From: Gammaproteobacteria bacterium
Lineage (GTDB): Bacteria > Pseudomonadota > Gammaproteobacteria > UBA4575
Direction of reading: 5' to 3'
Assembly: GCA_965215055.1 (NCBI GenBank)
Contig: OZ244046.1
Span: 1,391,202 to 1,455,201 of the forward strand
Length of the DNA stretch: 64,000 bases
Made by a program: the position numbers and the translations under genes. Numbering within the stretch: position 1 is the first letter of the stretch; every line of letters starts with the position of its first letter. Of the stretch, positions 38,444 to 48,234 are shown in pieces. The notes beneath the pieces were generated by a model. That model was not told where the DNA came from and ran no database searches. It worked only from the letters and a program-made list of their open reading frames with translations.

Positions 38444-38776
38444 CTAGGCGACGCTGCCAAATCCTTTATCTACTGCGCCTGCGGGAACCTGCAGACCGGC
38501 GAGCCTGCATCCCTGCGCCACAGGGCCGCCCGGAAACAGACTATACAGGTATTTCATGCCGCCTTTATGGTGAAACTTCTCATCCAGTGCATCGTGAAGC
38601 TCACGCATGTTGATATGACTGGCTTCATGGTGCGAGTAATACTCCTGCAATGCTTGCAATACTTCCAGGTGGTCATCACCAAGTGTCAATCCCTCCGCTG
38701 CTGCTGCGTCTCTTGCACTATCTTTACTCCAGTCTTCAGGCACGTAAGAACCTGTTTGCTCACTTGCACTGGACAC
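38444..38776 (-). CDS. TusE/DsrC-family sulfur-relay-like protein lacking the C-terminal cysteine
   Basis: MKYLYSLFPGGPVAQGCRLAGLQVP aligns with E. coli TusE [25 protein letters not shown]. Ends GFGSVA instead of ..KCI. Confidence 0.7.
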   Translation of the reverse strand: MSSASEQTGSYVPEDWSKDSARDAAAAEGLTLGDDHLEVLQALQEYYSHHEASHINMRELHDALDEKFHHKGGMKYLYSLFPGGPVAQGCRLAGLQVPAGAVDKGFGSVA

Positions 38777-38929
38777 TATGCTGCTCCTCGTTTCTTTCCT
38801 CGTAAGAGACTAGTTCAATTATACTATGGAAATCAAGCAGAATCGGGGCGATTACTGTTCGATTAAACATCAAAACAACGCCGTCTGCATTTGTATCAAG
38901 TTATATAGCTTTTTTAGCCCTGTTGAATA

Positions 38930-39727
38930 TCATCGATCACGCTTGAAATAGTATCCGCAGATCCATTTTCTCCGTACGAGTTCAGGAAGAATTTTTTGCA
39001 GTTGGGCATCAATATTTTCCCGGGTCGCCAAACTCTCGCATTCGCCCAAAGATAAGCCATTTTGAATTTTATCTATCACCCACCAGCAAGCGTGGTCTAT
39101 CTTGTGAACGACTGGTTTAAAATTATCTCTGGCGATACATAAATACTGGGGACCGGAAATCGCATCGATTTCCTGGGATTTATCTTGTTCACGGTTAGCG
39201 CGCCAGATTTCGTGGATAGGGTAGCTCGACCTCAGTACGGACAGGGAGGCACTTGGCCTGAAACATATATATTGATAATGATCGTGATGTAACGTGGGCA
39301 GGGAATTGAAATCAAATAGCGGATCGTCTTTTGCGTAATAGGCTTGCTCATAAGCCCACTCGAGTTTTGCCATATCAGGCAGATATTGATAATCAATCAA
39401 CTCTGCGTGATCTTCGATCCAGTCTTGTAAAAACAGTGGGAATGACTCCCCGTACAGGTTCAAATTTTGACTTGTCGCCGGGTATTTATAAAAATATTCA
39501 TTTGCGATTTGTTTGAAGTACCTTTTTCCCAGGATCTTTTTACAGCATGGATAGCTTTGTGCCAGGGCGTCAATGTGGGCGGTGCGTGCCGTATTACGGT
39601 AAATATCAAGTCTCTCTTCCGGTGTGAGTTTTTTATTGGTGGAAGATAATAGGGCGCAGACAGAACTGGTTTTGCGGTTTCTCAAGCTGTCCCAGAACTG
39701 CTGTTGCAAGCTGGTCAACTGGTTCAT
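38930..39727 (-). CDS. bufC: DUF2063 protein (BufC-like partner of the MNIO enzyme)
   Basis: DUF2063-like N-terminus. Translationally coupled (4-nt overlap) to the DUF692 gene. Confidence 0.7.
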   Translation of the reverse strand: MNQLTSLQQQFWDSLRNRKTSSVCALLSSTNKKLTPEERLDIYRNTARTAHIDALAQSYPCCKKILGKRYFKQIANEYFYKYPATSQNLNLYGESFPLFLQDWIEDHAELIDYQYLPDMAKLEWAYEQAYYAKDDPLFDFNSLPTLHHDHYQYICFRPSASLSVLRSSYPIHEIWRANREQDKSQEIDAISGPQYLCIARDNFKPVVHKIDHACWWVIDKIQNGLSLGECESLATRENIDAQLQKILPELVRRKWICGYYFKRDR

Positions 39728-40629
39728 GTCCTGTTACCCAAGCCGGGTTGGGCACTCTTTTTTATTTGCTGTGAGCCATGTGGTTTTACCGATTGCCTGT
39801 ACCATCGTGCCTTTTCTGCTTCTTGCAGCAGAGTTGAGAAAGCCGGTAGATCGTTATCCCACTCGATTATCGTCGGGGCCGAACAGCCATGTTTCAAGAT
39901 CTCCTGGTACAGCTTCCATACCGGCTCAGATACCTCGTGGTTGTGCGCATCGAGCAGATAGGCGCCTTTATGTTCATACCCGGCCAAGTGTATTTCGGCA
40001 ACCAGATAAAGCGGAATATTCTTTACATACTCCTGCGCATCAATCTGATTGTTATATTGACTGACGTAGATGTTGTTCAAGTCAAGCAGAATCTTACTGC
40101 TTGATTTTTCTGCAACGGCAGTCAAGAATTCCCATTCATGCAACGTTGAGCATTCAAAGCTCAAATAGCTGGAGACATTCTCGACTACTAGAGTTGTTTC
40201 CAGATAATCCTGTATTTTTTTAATGCGGCGGCTGACGTGGTTTACTACTTCTTCCGTATAAGGTAGCGGCAGCAGGTCATTTGCATACTGTTTCTTGAAA
40301 GAAGTCCAACATAAATGATCCGAGATACACAAAGGCTCAAGCTCGTCAGCAAGTTTTTTTATTTTACTCAAATAGGTGAAATCAATCGGGTCCGTTCCAC
40401 CTAACGACATGCCAACGCAATGCAGTGTTACCGGATAATCACGTCGTATGGCATAAGCCTGTTGTCTGGCATAACCACCATCGGCCAAATGATTGTCTGC
40501 GAGAAGCTCGAAAAAATCCACACGGGGCTTTGTCGCCAGAATTTCCTTTACATGGGGTGAGCGAAGCCCTACTCCAATCTCTGGTGCAGGGGGCTTCGCG
40601 TTACTGGAAGAGGGAACATTTCCCATCAC
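39724..40629 (-). CDS. bufB: DUF692 / MNIO (multinuclear non-heme iron oxidase, MbnB/BufB-like) RiPP-modifying enzyme
   Basis: TIM-barrel DUF692 signature (EIGVGLR..DFFEL..LHCVGMSLGG..ISDHLCW). Confidence 0.8.
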   Translation of the reverse strand: MMGNVPSSSNAKPPAPEIGVGLRSPHVKEILATKPRVDFFELLADNHLADGGYARQQAYAIRRDYPVTLHCVGMSLGGTDPIDFTYLSKIKKLADELEPLCISDHLCWTSFKKQYANDLLPLPYTEEVVNHVSRRIKKIQDYLETTLVVENVSSYLSFECSTLHEWEFLTAVAEKSSSKILLDLNNIYVSQYNNQIDAQEYVKNIPLYLVAEIHLAGYEHKGAYLLDAHNHEVSEPVWKLYQEILKHGCSAPTIIEWDNDLPAFSTLLQEAEKARWYRQSVKPHGSQQIKKSAQPGLGNRT

Positions 40630-40644
40630 TGGTTGTTGTTTTGG

Positions 40645-40932
40645 TTATTTAGCGGGCTTGACTGCTTTGACAACGCCTCCTGCAATTTTCGTACAGGTCC
40701 CTTCTGGCACATAAATCCATTCAGTAGCCATATTATCTTCTTTAGCCTGACCGGCACATTTATGTGAGCCGTCCAAGGCACCGCAGTCATTTTTCCCTGC
40801 TTTGGAAACTCCGGCACATTTTTCCCAATTTGCAGGCGCATCAGGCACTGCCATGGCATTTTGTACAGCCATGCTGGAGCCGATAGCTAAAATTCCAGCC
40901 ATAGTAGATTTTATTACGGTTCGTCTATTCAT
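40645..40932 (-). CDS. bufA: DUF2282 secreted Cys-containing precursor peptide (bufferin BufA1-like)
   Basis: Sec signal peptide then core with 4 Cys ([26 protein letters not shown]...[10 protein letters not shown]). Sits immediately upstream of the MNIO gene. Confidence 0.7.
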   Translation of the reverse strand: MNRRTVIKSTMAGILAIGSSMAVQNAMAVPDAPANWEKCAGVSKAGKNDCGALDGSHKCAGQAKEDNMATEWIYVPEGTCTKIAGGVVKAVKPAK

Positions 40933-41174
40933 TATCTATATTCTCCCGTGTTGATTGATTAACTTTTTGATGCGTTTCATCGCTATCCCATTAGATACAT
41001 TACGAGATATATTGTTCACATAGTCGTGAAAGTTTTTAGGCAGGAAGTCTGCGACTTTAGCTTTTTTCCAGTTTGCACAATATACTTTCCGTTTAGCTTG
41101 CGGGCTCGCTTGTTTTACAATACTTCAGCATTCGTTTTCAGTAAAGCAATGCCGCATTCATAAGGAAAAATGCA

Positions 41175-42137
41175 ATGGTACTGAAGCGGACAGGGCATAT
41201 TCCGTCAACACGGGACCGGTTTCGGGGCTGCCTGCTGGGTCTTGCCACAGGTGACGCCCTGGGCGTTACGCTGGAGTTCAAGAGCCCTGGCACGTTTGAA
41301 CCGATCAATGAAATGCTCGGCGGCGGCTCGTTCAATCTGGAACCAGGCCAATGGACAGATGACACATCAATGGCCCTGTGCCTTGCCACGAGTCTGGTTG
41401 AATGCGGATTCGACGTGCGAGATCAGATGGAGCGTTACGTGCAGTGGTATAGCAACGGTTACCTATCCTCGACCGGCGAGTGTTTCGATATTGGCAACGC
41501 GACTCGTGATGCCCTCGTTCGATTCAGGGATACTGGTGAGCCGTATGCAGGTTCAACGGAACCCGATACAGCAGGGAACGGCTCACTGATGCGTCTTGCT
41601 CCGGTTCCGATGTTCTACGCCCACGATACTACAAAGGCCATTGAACAGAGTGGGGAAAGTTCGAGAACAACACATGGTGCTGATGAAGCAGTAGATGCCT
41701 GTCGCTACTACGGCGGTCTTCTGGTTGCTGCCTTGCAGGGTGTGACAAAGAAGGCACTTCTTTCCTCCCACTTTTGTCCGGTTCAGGGTTTTTGGCAGCG
41801 TCATGCGTTAGCGAAGAACGTTGCTACCGTTGCCGCAGGCTCCTTTATTCACAATGAGCCGCCAGAAATTGAAGGCACAGGCTACGTCGTCAAGGCTTTA
41901 GAAGCAGCACTATGGGCATTTAGCCGATCTTCCAACTTTCGCGACGGGGCCCTGCTCGCCGTCAATCTGGGAAACGATGCCGACACCACCGGGGCCATCT
42001 ACGGTCAACTTGCCGGAGCCCATTACGGAGTAGGTGCCATCCCGCTCGAATGGCGAAAAAAGTTGACAATGGGCGCGGAGATCGAACTACTGGCCGACCA
42101 ACTGCTTGAACGTTCCATGTCACTCCCGGTAACGTGA
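41175..42137 (+). CDS. ADP-ribosylglycohydrolase family protein (DraG-like)
   Basis: N-terminal RFRGCLLGLATGDALGVTLEF and C-terminal GNDADTTGAIYGQLAGAHYG metal-binding motifs. Confidence 0.85.
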   Translation: MVLKRTGHIPSTRDRFRGCLLGLATGDALGVTLEFKSPGTFEPINEMLGGGSFNLEPGQWTDDTSMALCLATSLVECGFDVRDQMERYVQWYSNGYLSSTGECFDIGNATRDALVRFRDTGEPYAGSTEPDTAGNGSLMRLAPVPMFYAHDTTKAIEQSGESSRTTHGADEAVDACRYYGGLLVAALQGVTKKALLSSHFCPVQGFWQRHALAKNVATVAAGSFIHNEPPEIEGTGYVVKALEAALWAFSRSSNFRDGALLAVNLGNDADTTGAIYGQLAGAHYGVGAIPLEWRKKLTMGAEIELLADQLLERSMSLPVT

Positions 42138-42147
42138 ATCAAACAGC

Positions 42148-43446
42148 CTAGTGATGACTTTGCGGCCGAGTCAACCACTTTGGGTCCGTGGCAGGAGGTG
42201 CAGACAGGCTGTGCAGAAAGGCTTCAAGTTGCTGCATTTCAACCGGATTCAGGTTTAGAGATTTAATTTCATTGTGACCGATCATTGCTGGCGGTGCACG
42301 GTTATAGTGTTCTACCACCTCATCAAGACGGTTCAGTTGACCGGCGTGCATATATGGACCGGTTTCAGCGACGTTCCTGAGCGAGGGGACTTTATGCGCG
42401 CCAACTGTCTCATCTCCCGTCCTGGTAAAGCGCAACTCTGCACATTCCTTACTTGCTGCGTCGCTGAATGACCCCAGACAATTAAAGGTATCCGCACGTA
42501 CGACTCGTACCGCGCTAACGCGGCCTAGGCCAGGAAGCTGACCGGGTGGTGAGAGCACTCCCGTGTTATGAAATTCGTTATTGGTGAAGAGTGGCCCGTT
42601 GTGACAATTGATGCATTGTGCCTTACCTATGAACAATCCCAGCCCGGCGACTTCATCACGAGTAAGCGCAGACATTTTTTCAGAATTGTTTTCCATTACG
42701 CCTTCAACATAGAGATCAAATCGTGAAGCCCCTGGCAGCAGCAAGCGCTCATACGCCGCAATAGATTTGGCAATGTTTACAAACACTTTTGTCACTACGT
42801 TCTTGTTTTCAGGTGACATCAATTGCCAAGCACTATTCCACTCTTTTATACCTACCGACCCTGCTTGGCCACTGGCCAGGCGGGCAACGGTTGGAAAACG
42901 TGAGCTATCAGATAAATCCGGAAAAGGCTCATACAATGTTTCATACAGGGCTCGGTAATTTTCGTCCCGAGATACTAAAAGCGCGTACTGCATACGGGAG
43001 CCGGCGTGTTCTATCGGGGACTCCAGTGGCGACAAGGCTTGTGACCAGAGACTGTCTTTACGGCCATCCCAAAACATCCATGGACTATAAGCGGCTCCAA
43101 TAATACTCATCGTGTTGCGTATTCCAGCTTTGTTGCCTTGGGCAACTTTCAGATCATCGGTAAAAAATCGCTCAGGTCGATGACAGGTAGCACAAGAGAC
43201 GTTTTCATTACCACTTAACCGCGTGTCAAAGAACAATTGATAACCGAAGCTGGCTGCCTGCGGATTGTTTGCTACTGCGTTACTGCCGTCATCAGGTACG
43301 GGTGGAAGGCTACCGATCCAGAGTGATTGCAGCGTTTTGATTTCAGCAGATGTCCAGGTTCTCGGTTGGGTAGATATCCAGACACCTGCGAGGACTATTC
43401 CAATAACAACGATGACGGATAAAAGGATTCGGAAAACATTCGGCAT
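42148..43446 (-). CDS. di-haem cytochrome c peroxidase (CCP/MauG family)
   Basis: Two CxxCH motifs (CATCH, CINCH). N-terminal TM/signal. Confidence 0.85.
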   Translation of the reverse strand: MPNVFRILLSVIVVIGIVLAGVWISTQPRTWTSAEIKTLQSLWIGSLPPVPDDGSNAVANNPQAASFGYQLFFDTRLSGNENVSCATCHRPERFFTDDLKVAQGNKAGIRNTMSIIGAAYSPWMFWDGRKDSLWSQALSPLESPIEHAGSRMQYALLVSRDENYRALYETLYEPFPDLSDSSRFPTVARLASGQAGSVGIKEWNSAWQLMSPENKNVVTKVFVNIAKSIAAYERLLLPGASRFDLYVEGVMENNSEKMSALTRDEVAGLGLFIGKAQCINCHNGPLFTNNEFHNTGVLSPPGQLPGLGRVSAVRVVRADTFNCLGSFSDAASKECAELRFTRTGDETVGAHKVPSLRNVAETGPYMHAGQLNRLDEVVEHYNRAPPAMIGHNEIKSLNLNPVEMQQLEAFLHSLSAPPATDPKWLTRPQSHH

Positions 43447-43457
43447 GGTTCCGTATT

Positions 43458-43895
43458 TTACAGGTTGAGGTCGAAGGTTATCTGGTCACTTGCGTTTCCG
43501 TCAGTCACTGTCACCGTTACTGTCCACAGCCCGCCCATGTGAAATTTCATACCCTCAACCAGATAATTACCTTTCCCCAGGTTCCGGGTCATTTGTGGAC
43601 GGGTGGGTAATCCGTGGTCGTGTGCCGGCATGCCGCCGTCAACGCTGATTTCCGCATCAGGTACCGGTTCCCCGGTTACATCTTTAACGTGAATGATCCA
43701 GGCATGTATGGTATTGATCACGACAGGCTCAAGTTTGCTTGTAAAGCCTACTTGGAAAAGTCCGTTTTCAGTGAGCCTGGTCGTCTCGACACGGGATGCA
43801 GTTTGCCCCGAATCGCCGTGCGCCATCACGCATAGTATCAGCAGCAGGAGTGAACATGAGAGTTTTACGGTTTTCATAGTTCCGATTTTTAGCAA
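43458..43895 (-). CDS. secreted protein with His/Met-rich putative metal (Cu)-binding motifs
   Basis: Signal peptide. Motifs DGGMPAHDHG and KFHMGG. Confidence 0.4.
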   Translation of the reverse strand: MLKIGTMKTVKLSCSLLLLILCVMAHGDSGQTASRVETTRLTENGLFQVGFTSKLEPVVINTIHAWIIHVKDVTGEPVPDAEISVDGGMPAHDHGLPTRPQMTRNLGKGNYLVEGMKFHMGGLWTVTVTVTDGNASDQITFDLNL

Positions 43896-43906
43896 GTCGT
43901 AAAAAT

Positions 43907-44590
43907 TTATGATTTCAGTTTTTTATGTATGCGTGCGTAGCCACCATTGATCAACCAGTAATTTAATTGTAGAAGTATGGCCAGTGCAATAAGCAAGGGT
44001 ATGTAGCCCCAGTCGCGGCCCCCGACTCTGAAAGGAAACACCGCAGTGTAAACGCTATCATTACCTGGATTTTCAGTTGTTACGATGCCGATGTAGTTCC
44101 CTTCCTCCCTGAATTGATGCAGCGCGAGAAACACCCCGTACGGTTGAACCGAAGGCGGCTGGTAAAATACGGTATGCTGGTCCAAATCATCAATTTTGTC
44201 GATATCTTTCCGCTTGGCAAAGCGTCCGCGGTTGTGTACGTCCCTGATAATGCGAAACTCAATTGGCGACTCTCGCAGACTATCATGTAGATATTCCATA
44301 ACGAATACACTTTCGTCAGCGTGCGGAATATCTTCACAGAACTCTTCATGTCGACTTGTCTGGGGTTGGTAGATCGTGAAATGTGCTTTATAGAAACCGA
44401 TTTGGATTACACACAAATCATCCTCGAGAAACACGCCTCCATGCGCGTGTGCCTCGGCGCAATAAAGCACCAGGCATGCAAGCAGGAGCCATTTAAGTTT
44501 TGTTCGCGTATCACCGACTGAAATACCCGTACTTTGCGTATTCTTCATGCTAGTCAAGCCATGAAAAATACCGTCTACGGATGATGACAA
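43907..44590 (-). CDS. membrane-anchored hypothetical protein (N- and C-terminal TM) downstream of cox genes
   Basis: ORF from track, hydrophobic termini. Confidence 0.4.
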   Translation of the reverse strand: MSSSVDGIFHGLTSMKNTQSTGISVGDTRTKLKWLLLACLVLYCAEAHAHGGVFLEDDLCVIQIGFYKAHFTIYQPQTSRHEEFCEDIPHADESVFVMEYLHDSLRESPIEFRIIRDVHNRGRFAKRKDIDKIDDLDQHTVFYQPPSVQPYGVFLALHQFREEGNYIGIVTTENPGNDSVYTAVFPFRVGGRDWGYIPLLIALAILLQLNYWLINGGYARIHKKLKS

Positions 44591-44653
44591 TGCAGTGAAA
44601 AGCGGGTGACGGTAATCAGGGGGTCGAAAATTGAAACGCGAACTTCAGAAGGA

Positions 44654-45016
44654 TTAGTGTTCGGCAGCATTGTGATGATGTTCTACCACGGGCGCCTCAT
44701 CCACGCCAAAGAATTGGGCGCGGCCCAGGTAAGTGTAATCACCTTCTATGGACATCATTCCTACAAGCACGAGTAATACGACTGGTGGCACCAGTATGGC
44801 AGTGATGAGTGCCAGTCGTTCCCACGCCATGTGCATAAAAATAGCGACGATAAATCCGGCTTTCAGCATCATGAAGATCAGGATCAGGTTCCATCGCATA
44901 TACCCCTGGAATTGGAGATAATCCACCATGTACGAAGCCGCACTGAATACAAACAGCAAGATCCAAATCCAAATGTAGATACTAAGCGGGTGTTGTTGTC
45001 CTTCTGCTTCTGCCAT
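44654..45016 (-). CDS. cytochrome c oxidase subunit IV-like small membrane protein
   Basis: 3-TM 120-aa protein terminating the cox cluster. Confidence 0.55.
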   Translation of the reverse strand: MAEAEGQQHPLSIYIWIWILLFVFSAASYMVDYLQFQGYMRWNLILIFMMLKAGFIVAIFMHMAWERLALITAILVPPVVLLVLVGMMSIEGDYTYLGRAQFFGVDEAPVVEHHHNAAEH

Positions 45017-45025
45017 TGTTCTTTC

Positions 45026-45703
45026 TCACCATAAATAAAAGAATGCGAAAATGAATACCCATACCAAGTCTACGAAGTGCCAGTACAGGCCGGCGATTTC
45101 TACTATATCGTAGCCTTTTTTCTCGTAGCGTCCATTGAGCACGCCGATTGCGACGTACACCAGGTAGACAACACCGCCACTGACGTGACCACCGTGAAAA
45201 CCCGTGATCATAAAAAAACATGCACCAAACTGTGCGGCGCCAAACGGGTTACTCCAAGGACGTACCCCTTCATCAACGATCAGCTTGGTCCACTCAAAGG
45301 CCTGCATACCAACAAAGAGAAGTCCAAATGTGGCAGTGATGAGTAGAAACGTCGCGGTTTTTGCACGGTCACGTCGGTATCCGTAATTTACCGCAAGTGC
45401 CATGGTACCGCTGCTGGTGATCAACACGAAAGTCATAATGGCGATGAGAATAAGAGGAATAGGTGCGCCGCCAAAACTTAATGCAAAGATCTCGCTTGCA
45501 TTTGGCCAGGGGACGGTGGCGCTGATGCGCACCTTCATGTAGCCAGTCAGGAATGAAGTGAAGATAAACGTATCGCTGAGCAGAAAGATCCACATCATGG
45601 CCTTGCCCCAGTGGACCTTGAATACTTCTTTTTCTGCCGCCCAATCCGATACGAGATCGGTTACAACGTCATTTGCCGTGGCTTCTCCCGGATTCTGTGC
45701 CAT
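45026..45703 (-). CDS. cytochrome c oxidase subunit III family protein
   Basis: GFHGGHV and YWHFVDLVW subunit-III motifs. Confidence 0.8.
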   Translation of the reverse strand: MAQNPGEATANDVVTDLVSDWAAEKEVFKVHWGKAMMWIFLLSDTFIFTSFLTGYMKVRISATVPWPNASEIFALSFGGAPIPLILIAIMTFVLITSSGTMALAVNYGYRRDRAKTATFLLITATFGLLFVGMQAFEWTKLIVDEGVRPWSNPFGAAQFGACFFMITGFHGGHVSGGVVYLVYVAIGVLNGRYEKKGYDIVEIAGLYWHFVDLVWVFIFAFFYLW

Positions 45704-45723
45704 GTGTATTTATAATTCCCGAT

Positions 45724-46389
45724 TTATGTTGATAACAGCAGTGCGAACAGCACCAGCCAGACCAAAAGCAAGAAATGCCAGTAAATTGTACATAACTCGA
45801 CACTCATGCGAATTTTATAAACCTCGGCATCACCTTGCAGCTTGAATACAGTTTTACTCCATACCCACAGTCCTCCAAAAATATGCAAGGCATGCAGTGC
45901 CGTCAGCACGTAGAAAAATGCGTTGGACGGGTTAGAGGTAAGGAAGTAACCCGAATCATGCAATGCTTGCCAGGCCCACAATTGGCCGATGATAAAGGCA
46001 AAAGTCAAAAGGCCTGCAATCATCAGGTTGGACTTCACCGCGTTGAGTTGACTGCGTATTACCGCATTGCGTGCGAGCTGAAAGAAAATGCTTGCTGCAA
46101 CAAGGGCTCCAGTATTAAGCCACAAAATTCCGGGTTCAGGCAGTGGTGCCCAATCGCCGTATTCCATGCGTTGAAAATAGGCACTGATAAACAGCGAAAA
46201 TAGTGAACTTGCAACGGCGAGAAATACAATCAGGCCGATTTTTGCCGCAGGAATAGAGAATGCTCCTCCGACGTGATGCTGTCCAATAGCACCTTCCTCG
46301 GCCCAGGGTTGAACGTTAATGGTTTGGCGGATGAGCCAAAACACAACGGCACCCATAATCAGGGCTAAAACGATAAGTGTTGCCGTCAT
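45724..46389 (-). CDS. second cytochrome c oxidase subunit III family paralogue
   Basis: TALHALHIFGG...IYWHFLLLVW subunit-III-like. Confidence 0.7.
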   Translation of the reverse strand: MTATLIVLALIMGAVVFWLIRQTINVQPWAEEGAIGQHHVGGAFSIPAAKIGLIVFLAVASSLFSLFISAYFQRMEYGDWAPLPEPGILWLNTGALVAASIFFQLARNAVIRSQLNAVKSNLMIAGLLTFAFIIGQLWAWQALHDSGYFLTSNPSNAFFYVLTALHALHIFGGLWVWSKTVFKLQGDAEVYKIRMSVELCTIYWHFLLLVWLVLFALLLST

Positions 46390-48234
46390 CTAGGTTTCCA
46401 TTTCGTGCCTGGAATTTTCGCCTGGTTCTTCAGTTTGGGGGATAAAATCTTCTTTTGCACCCGGCACGCTGTAGGAATATGCCCAACGATACACCACTGG
46501 TAACTCGGCACCCCAGTTACCGTGTTTGGGTACCAAGTCGGGCGTCTGCCATTCAATCGTTGTGGCACGCCAGGGGTTGCGCTCGGCCTTTTTACCTTTG
46601 AAAAGGCTCCAGATGATATTAACCAGGAACAGGAACTGGGCAATTGCGACGACTATTGCTGCAATGGTAATACTCATGTTCGCAGCCTGTACGGAATCTG
46701 GCAGGAACTCAGTCGTGCCATTGGCAAAGTAACGGCGTGGTACACCGAGAATACCGATATAGTGCATGGGCAGGTAAATCGCGTAAGTACCGAGAAAAGT
46801 CAGCCAGAAATGGATTTTACCCATGGCGTCATTCAACATGCGGCCCGTAAACAGGGGGAACCAGTGGTAGATACCTCCGAATACCACCAGGAAGGGCGAT
46901 ACGCCCATCACCATGTGGAAATGTCCGACGACAAAATAGGTGTCGGATAATGGCACGTCTACAACCACGTTACCCAGGAACAGACCCGTTATACCGCCGT
47001 GTATAAATGTGAAGACAAAGCCAATGGCAAAGAGCATGGGTACCGTCAGATGTATGTTGCCTTCCCAAAGCGTAAGCACCCAGTTATACACTTTGATTGC
47101 AGTAGGCACGGCAATGATCAATGTAGTCGTGGCAAAAAAGAAACCAAAGTAGGGATTCATGCCACTTACGTACATATGGTGAGCCCACACTATAAAGCTC
47201 AAGCCGCCGATAGCGACAATTGCCCACACCATCATGCGGTAACCGAAAATGTTTTTCCGTGCGTGTGTACTGATCAAATCGGAGACAATGCCGAAAGCCG
47301 GTAATGCCACAATATAGACTTCCGGATGTCCAAAGAACCAAAACAGGTGCTGAAACAATATCGGACTGCCGCCCTCGTGACTCAAATTTTCACCGAGAGA
47401 AGAGATGGCAGGCATGAAGAAACTGGTGCCCAGGGCCTTATCCAGAGTCATCATGATGACGCTGACCAATAATGCCGGGAACGCCAGCAAGCCCAGGATA
47501 GTTGCCATGATGATACCCCACACGGACAGTGGCATACGCATCAGGGTCATACCGCGCGTACGTGCCTGAAACGCGGTAGTAACATAATTAAGTCCTCCCA
47601 TGGTAAAGGCGACCACGAACAGGCCGAGCGATACGGTCATACAGATGATTCCCCAATCTGCTCCCGCAGAGCCTTCAGTAATAGCTTGGGGCGGATACAA
47701 GGTCCAGCCGGCACCGGTCGGGCCTTCCGGTACGAAAAAGCTCGCGCACAATACCAGTACGGACAGCAGGTATACCCAGTAACTGAGCATGTTCATATAG
47801 GGGAAAGCCATGTCACGTGCGCCGCACATCAACGGCACCAGCAGATTGCCAAAGCCGCCGAGAAAGAAAGCCGTCAGCATGAAGACGATCATAATCATGC
47901 CGTGCATCGTTACTGCCTGGTAATACTCATCGGGCTGAATCAAATCGAATGCACCGGGAAAACCCAATTGCAGTCGCATCATGCCGGACAGTATCAACGC
48001 GATAACCCCTACCGCCGTTGCAGTAATGATGTACTGAATACCGATTATCTTATGATCCTGGCTCCAAACATACATACCAATCCAGGTTTTCGGGTGAGCC
48101 AGATGTTGTTCCTTGTCGGCCAATGCAACGTGCGCCATTACAATATCCTCGCTGTTCTCTGTATTACTGCTGTCAAGCCTGTATTTAATATCTTCATTGT
48201 TACTACAAAGTATTGATGTAGGCAACAATATCAT
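46390..48234 (-). CDS. ctaD: cytochrome c oxidase subunit I (probable true start ~48138, MAHVALAD)
   Basis: Canonical haem-copper oxidase subunit I (WFFGHPEVY, HHMY etc.). Confidence 0.95.
   Translation of the reverse strand: MILLPTSILCSNNEDIKYRLDSSNTENSEDIVMAHVALADKEQHLAHPKTWIGMYVWSQDHKIIGIQYIITATAVGVIALILSGMMRLQLGFPGAFDLIQPDEYYQAVTMHGMIMIVFMLTAFFLGGFGNLLVPLMCGARDMAFPYMNMLSYWVYLLSVLVLCASFFVPEGPTGAGWTLYPPQAITEGSAGADWGIICMTVSLGLFVVAFTMGGLNYVTTAFQARTRGMTLMRMPLSVWGIIMATILGLLAFPALLVSVIMMTLDKALGTSFFMPAISSLGENLSHEGGSPILFQHLFWFFGHPEVYIVALPAFGIVSDLISTHARKNIFGYRMMVWAIVAIGGLSFIVWAHHMYVSGMNPYFGFFFATTTLIIAVPTAIKVYNWVLTLWEGNIHLTVPMLFAIGFVFTFIHGGITGLFLGNVVVDVPLSDTYFVVGHFHMVMGVSPFLVVFGGIYHWFPLFTGRMLNDAMGKIHFWLTFLGTYAIYLPMHYIGILGVPRRYFANGTTEFLPDSVQAANMSITIAAIVVAIAQFLFLVNIIWSLFKGKKAERNPWRATTIEWQTPDLVPKHGNWGAELPVVYRWAYSYSVPGAKEDFIPQTEEPGENSRHEMET

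Noticed and set aside
46386-46643. 85-aa ORF overlapping the coxA 3' end and coxIII start
   Set aside because: Nested in conserved oxidase coding sequence in another frame.
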